Shown: in pieces, positions 58,533 to 64,000 of the stretch | Position numbering within the stretch: the stretch's first letter is position 1 | Layout of the letters: every line of letters begins with the position of its first letter | NCBI GenBank assembly: GCA_009602735.1 | Contig: WELA01001870.1 | Coordinates: 48,202 to 112,201 of the forward strand | Direction: 5' to 3' | Origin: Mesotaenium endlicherianum | Taxonomy: Eukaryota | DNA: 64,000 nucleotides | Program-made: the position numbers and the translations under genes | Notes under the pieces: model-generated | The model's database searches: none | What the model was told of the DNA's origin: nothing | The model's input: the letters and a program-made list of their open reading frames with translations, nothing else

Positions 58533-60592
58533 ATGGACCACAGAAGTTTGATGCTCGTCGTGTTCATTCTACAGGCGTATGCCCTTGTAGAGCTCACCCA
58601 AGGTAAGAATGATCGTAGATTGCCCTCCGTATATGACAAGGTTAAGATTAACTTGATTCTCCCGCCAGCTACTCTTGCTCTACTCTATGCAAGGGACTTC
58701 TGGAATCAACTGTTCCTGAGACTTTTCTAGAAGTCATCTCACAGTCCGGAACTGAAGGTTGACCGTCAATGTTTGTTTGCAGGAGTTAGGACCGGGCCGG
58801 GTTCTGGAGCACCAGTTCCTCCTGGCCCAAAGTCTGACGCTGAAGACGATTCGAGGCCCCTTGTCCCCGGAGGCAGGGGAGGAAATGCACCCCCCTTTCC
58901 CGCTGGGGGCGTCGGCAGGCCCGATCAGGGGTCAAGACCCCTGTCTCTAGGAGGAAGAGGAGGAAATGCGCCCCCTTTCCCTATTGGCGGCGCTGGCAGA
59001 CCCGACCAGGGGTCCCGGCCCTCCACCCCAGGAGGAGAAAGAGGAGGAAATGCGCCCCCCATGCTGAGCGGAGGTGCGGGGAGGCCCGGCAGGTTACAGG
59101 GCCCAGGAGGGAGAGCTGGAAACCCACCACCCAGTCTCACTTGGGGAGCTGCAGCTGGTGGAAACAATGCACCCCCCCCCATGCCTACTGGTGAACAGGG
59201 TATAGGTGGACGTCCAGGCGGGCCAGGTGGCGGCCCTGGCAGAGGGGGCGCCAGTGGTGCCGTGTGCGGCATTCTGAAGAGCAGCAGGAAGGTCAAGATC
59301 TACTCCAAGGGCACCCTCAGGTACTGAGTCGTGCTCGTGGCCATGGCTACTTGCCTTAAAGTGCTTAAATCGTGTCACACAGGCTAGTACAGATGCTGTG
59401 GCTTGCCGCATGTTGCGATGGGGAGAAAGTCAAAGACAGCGCATGTCTTGTGGACCTGCAACAGTCATGTATGTGGGCTGGTCTGCCAGTATATTTCCTA
59501 CAGGCAACCCTCCTCGTGCTCGCCTCACAGCTCCCCATACACAAGAAGTGATAGCAGAGGCATTATTCTGTCATCCTTTTGTGCAGAATGCACACTGCCA
59601 GTACTGGGGACAATGAGCAGCAGACAGCCTGTTGTACTGCCTCTGAGCACAAGCACTGCCCTGTACCCTCCCCCCCCCCCCCCCCCCCNNNNNNNCCCCC
59701 CCCCCCCCCCCCCGATTCTGCCCATCTGCTCTGTTCACGCCTCGTCTGCACGCCATTGACGGATGCACGGTGGGAGGGTGCAGGCACGTGGAGTCCAACG
59801 GGTGCCCCGGCTACAATTGGACGGACCAGCGCACCTCCGACAGCGCGCGCGAACAGAACCACACCTTCACCTTCCCGCTGGCACCCGTCATGAACTCCGG
59901 CGCCGGCGCGCTCGTGGGCGTCAGCAGCCCCGTCAGGGGGCCCATCGGCGTCTTCCTCAACGGCGTCTCCATCTACAGGTGGGTGCTGGGTGTGGCACCT
60001 GCGCACTCACCCCCTCCCCTCCATCCCGGCGGGCCGGCCGGCCCTTGGAACCAGGTAGCTGCTGTTCAAGTGCTGCCAGGCGTGTGTGCATCCCTCCCCC
60101 TCGCTCTCTTCTGTTTTCATTGTACGATGACCTCAAGGTAGAGCACGCGCTGACAGGTGCTTATGAAACAGAGTCTCTTGGGGGGGGCTTCTGATTCTGA
60201 GAAAGCCCTTCCTGGCCATGCCTCGCCGCTACGAAGTATAGGTGTCAGCACCCTTCTCACGTACATGCAGTGCTGTCATAAAAGAACGCTGGCAACCACA
60301 CATACGCATACGCATATCCAATTTGCAACGCGCACGTCCAACGGTGGGGAGGTACAAGGAAGAGCCGACAGGGGCTGCCGCTGACATATCTCGCTTTGGG
60401 GCTGCCGTGGGGATGCGCGAGCAGCATCGTGGACGCGCTGGGAAGGAATGCGCTGACCTACGAGGGCAGCACCTTCGACCACTGCGGCGGGCACCCCTCG
60501 CCCAACGGCGACTACCACTACCACGTGGTTGCTGGCGACCACCACCCCGCCTCGCACAGCGCCACCCGCAACAACAAGTTCACCCTCTGCCC
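58533..60592 (+). CDS. Secreted Gly/Pro-repeat protein with YHYH domain (3' exons not found in window)
   Basis: Exons 58533-58602 (signal peptide MDHRSLMLVVFILQAYALVELTQG), 58783-59320 (Gly/Pro repeats), 59784-59978 (VESNGCPGY..FTFPLAP..GPIGVFLNGVSIY), 60425-60592 (FDHCGGHPSPNGDYHYH). Splice phases are consistent. The GxxxNGV, DxCxGH and YHYH motifs are diagnostic. The expected later G.a.DGfPIYG segment is not seen. Confidence 0.8.
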
Positions 60593-63500
60593 GTCAGTGC
60601 TTCCCCTGATGCCCCCTTCCCCCCCCCCTTACTCTTCCCCCAACCCTCCCACTCACCCACCCACCCACCCACCCACCCACATACACACACACACACACTC
60701 TTTCTCTTTCTCTTTAACATTTGAACAGAAGATGTTACTTGTTGACACTATCAAGTTAAAGTACTCCTCAAACAAATGCGCTGCATGTGGTCAGGACTCT
60801 GGAGCCGACTACGCACAGAGGCAGGCTGCGGCGCCCGGGAGTGAGAGTCGAGCGAAGCGGGAGTGCGGCCCAGCAGCGCGTGCTCCTCCTCATGTGATGC
60901 CCTTTCGTGTGACACAGCTCCAGCAGCAGCCAGGCGGCTCCTGCAGCCACGCCCGCGGATGTACGTTTGCTCAAAAGAATTTCAGTCAGACGTTGAGGTG
61001 GTTTTGTATCGTGTCTGTTGCCTATCAAAGTGGAGTTCAAGCAATAAGTGTAAAAGTTGAACCCGAATGTGTGCGTGTGTGCGTGTGTGCGTGTGTGTGT
61101 TTGTGTGTGTATGTGATTGTGTAAGTGTGAGCGCTTAGGTCCTATGAAGCCCATTGAGCGGCTCCTTATTGTGCAATACAATCACTGCTGCTGTCTGCTG
61201 CTGCGCTGGAAGGGCGTTGGGAGATCAGCAAGGGAGTTGGGAGGGCGCCGGAAGGGCGTTGAGAGGGAGTGGACACTATAAGAAGTTAGAACTACTAGAA
61301 TTAACGGCCAAATGCACGAGCAAGCATGCATGCTTATGTATGGGAAGCTGTACATGCGTGACTGACCTCTCGACATTTGAGCTGCAGTGATGAGGCGGGT
61401 CGTCTGATGGAACGAGATCACGCCATCTGTCGCGGGCCCTGCGGGCGCCAGCATTAGCGCAGCTTCTACGTCCTCCCGCTCCTCGCCTGCGACCGACATC
61501 ATCACACAAGGCGTGCACCACAAAGACATTACACAACGAGAGAGNAATGCCGGTGATGCTCTTCTGACATGTCACAGGACTGGGTGACCAATCATGCCCG
61601 GTTGGCAGCTCTCTTTCTGTGCTGGCTTTGTCATCGTATGGCTCCTGATCTGCGCAGCGATCGCGAGCAACATCACATGTGGCCCTTGCAAAGGGACTGA
61701 CTGGGCTGTGTGAGCGGGGCCGTTGGGGGGCGGTGATGCAGAGCAATACGACTACACCTCGCTTGCCAAGCTGGCCCTCTCCAAGCCCTGAGGGACTCCC
61801 CTCGCCCCCCACGCGGCTGCCTGCCTGCCTGCAGGGAACTGCGCGCGTATGCGCGTACGTGTCTAGAGCCCTTGGCTCGATGGCGCGCAGCAGCTACGGG
61901 GGGGCCCTTGACTGGGAGAGCAGTGAGGCATCCGTGTCTGCATGCCTACTTGCACGAGACGAGTTGACTTTCTGGAAGAGAAATGATCGGTAGACGAGTC
62001 TTTTGATAGCTGATTAGTATCCAGATTCTCATACTGGTACACGTGTTTACCTTGCTCCCTATTATTTGCAAACTTAAATATTATCTATCTGCTAGCTTTG
62101 GGTTGGCTCTGCCTCTGAGACCCATCCGTTATAGACCTGGTCAGAAATAGCCTTATTTTTAAGGGGGTGGCACCTAGACGCCCCTGCACAGTGGAGAGTC
62201 ACAGCAGCCGGCCTGTCTGGCCATCACATTGAGCAAGCAGTTGTACGTACATCACTCTGGCTGCTGGCTGCTTTGGCTCTTAGCAGTGGTCTATATCTAC
62301 TTCTGTTGAGCGAGCTAGCATGCACGCACGTACGCTTTGCGAGCTCAGAATAGTCTGAGGCCTATAGGAGTGCCGTTCCTTAACAGGGCAGCCTGCACGC
62401 CTTTGTACGTGTGCTGCAGCTCACGCGTAGGAGGTATACCTCTCCATACTAGCACTAGAGGTGTGTAGGCTAGCTGGTATTGTTTCTAATATTTTATGTG
62501 CTTTTAATAATTTATTTACTTATTTCACATCCCTGTGCTCTCTTGCAGTTGCTCCCTGTATGCTTTCGATATATGTATTGTGAGCCCATACTCGCGATCT
62601 GCATTTGTTACATGCACAAATGTGGGCTAGCTCAAGCATGTCCTAGACCCATCAGCCTGCAGCCCAGGTACTCAAGCTTCCTGTTCCCTACGAGCCCGGG
62701 ACTTTGGAAAGCTCAAGCTGCTGTAGAAATGTGTTTGAGCAGCTGCAGCATGCATGCTGGAATAGCTCCAGATTGGTGGTGCACTCGAGTCCCACGATCT
62801 GCATGTCATCATTCGATGCAGTGGTTACGTACATGTGCTAGTGATTCTCTTTCCCAAGTAGTGGTTGCCCCTGCAACCTGAGCCCTGAAGTACTGGGTGA
62901 TTACTTATTATTCTATGCATGTAGCTGGGAAATTGCTGGTGCTCCTGCTGCTCAAAGCCGGCCCACCTTACAATGCTGCGCAGCATCTGCAACTGTTACC
63001 CAAGGGCGATAGGACCAACTTAATATACTTGCTCCATATGCGCGAAGCATGGTGTCTCTCTATCTCAATCTTCTGTCCTAAACTTACACTAATCATCCAG
63101 GAGAATCTTTCGTATGGCGGGAACAAGGACAGGGGTTGCCTGTCTTGCAACTTTGAGTACCATGCCTTGAAATCGACAAAGTGGCACGTGCAGTGTAGTT
63201 GCACCGCGCCAGTTCCTTCGCCAATCGATCTCAAATTCAACACGTCAGCTTAAAATGCCATTCAGTCCTACCCTGAGCGACAGGTGATACCTGTACATGA
63301 CTCAAGCTTGATGACTCTCTGCCAACAGTGCATCAGGCAGCCAACTCCGGCCCTCAATCAGCTCGCGGCGGCCGCTGCAACTTTGCATCTGCGGCATCAC
63401 CTAGCTTGCCAAACGTGAAGAGTCTTGCAAAGCCAAGGTGGTGTTAAGTCATGGGGTACTCTCTCTCCAACTCTTTGAGGTGCATGCAATGCTGTGTCGT

Positions 63501-63717
63501 GTTTTTGTTTTGCAACAACATCAGACCCAAAGAATCCAGGAAGCGTGGATGCACCCAGCTTCTTGGCCCATTTCAAAATTTGTGCAGGTCTTAAAGAGAG
63601 TCATAATCAATGGGAGTAAAGCCCTCGCCAAAATCATTTGCAGCCGGCAAATCCACTCGCAGTGGACGCAGCCGTAGGTCACAACAAGAGTCCAATTGTG
63701 CCCCAACGAGCATGCAC

Positions 63718-63796
<79 letters not shown>
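63718..63796 (+). repeat. (GA)n microsatellite adjoining an assembly gap
   Basis: Direct reading; followed by an N run. Confidence 0.95.
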
Positions 63797-64000
63797 NNNN
63801 NNNNNNNNNNNNNNNNNNNNNNNNNNNNNNNNNNNNNNNNNNNNNNNNNNNNNNNNNNNNNNNNNNNNNNNNNNNNNNNNNNNNNNNNNNNNNNNNNNNN
63901 NNNNNNNNNNNNNNNNNNNNNNNNNNNNNNNNNNNNNNNNNNNGGGGGGAGAGGGCAGGGGAGGGGGGGGAAGAGGAAAATCAAACACTCTTCTAACTCT

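Noticed and set aside
60593..63717. Downstream YHYH exons or an independent gene (including a stop-interrupted coding-like stretch on the minus strand near 63400-63660)
   Set aside because: No DGfPIYG-type motif or credible exon was found. The region contains a single-N join near 61546 and ends in a gap, so missing exons may be unassembled or lie beyond the window.

Overview
Eukaryotic, intron-rich genomic DNA from a draft assembly (N gaps, single-N joins). A plant-type BRCA1 (RING-PHD-BRCT), a SCO4-like CAAX protease and a plant-type S8 subtilase point to a streptophyte. The GC-rich, microsatellite-filled introns suggest a streptophyte alga rather than an angiosperm (inference). Seven spliced protein genes were reconstructed by hand: U-box cyclophilin PPIL2/CYP65 (+, 2827-13396); two convergent catechol O-methyltransferase paralogs (+14914-16479, -20085-21761) flanking a decayed LRR gene; SCO4-like CPBP protease (-, 23981-28055) divergent from BRCA1 (+, 28807-35689); a secreted subtilase (+, 49902-56911); and an incomplete secreted Gly/Pro-repeat YHYH-domain protein (+, from 58533). 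The region 37-49 kb is a nested transposon cluster. It holds a dead piggyBac (38928-43582, TTAA/TTAG target) with a MITE in its transposase and a solo LTR in its right TIR, plus three related ~1.4-1.6 kb TG..CA elements, two of them with clear 4-bp TSDs and head-to-head 43 bp apart. The most intriguing signals are (i) an intron class lacking polypyrimidine tracts, with C-rich 5' and G/GU-rich 3' ends, confined to the GC-rich genes, (ii) the duplicated non-plant-type COMTs, (iii) the YHYH repeat protein and (iv) the piggyBac architecture. No rRNA, tRNA or CRISPR was seen. All family assignments rest on motif recognition, not database searches.
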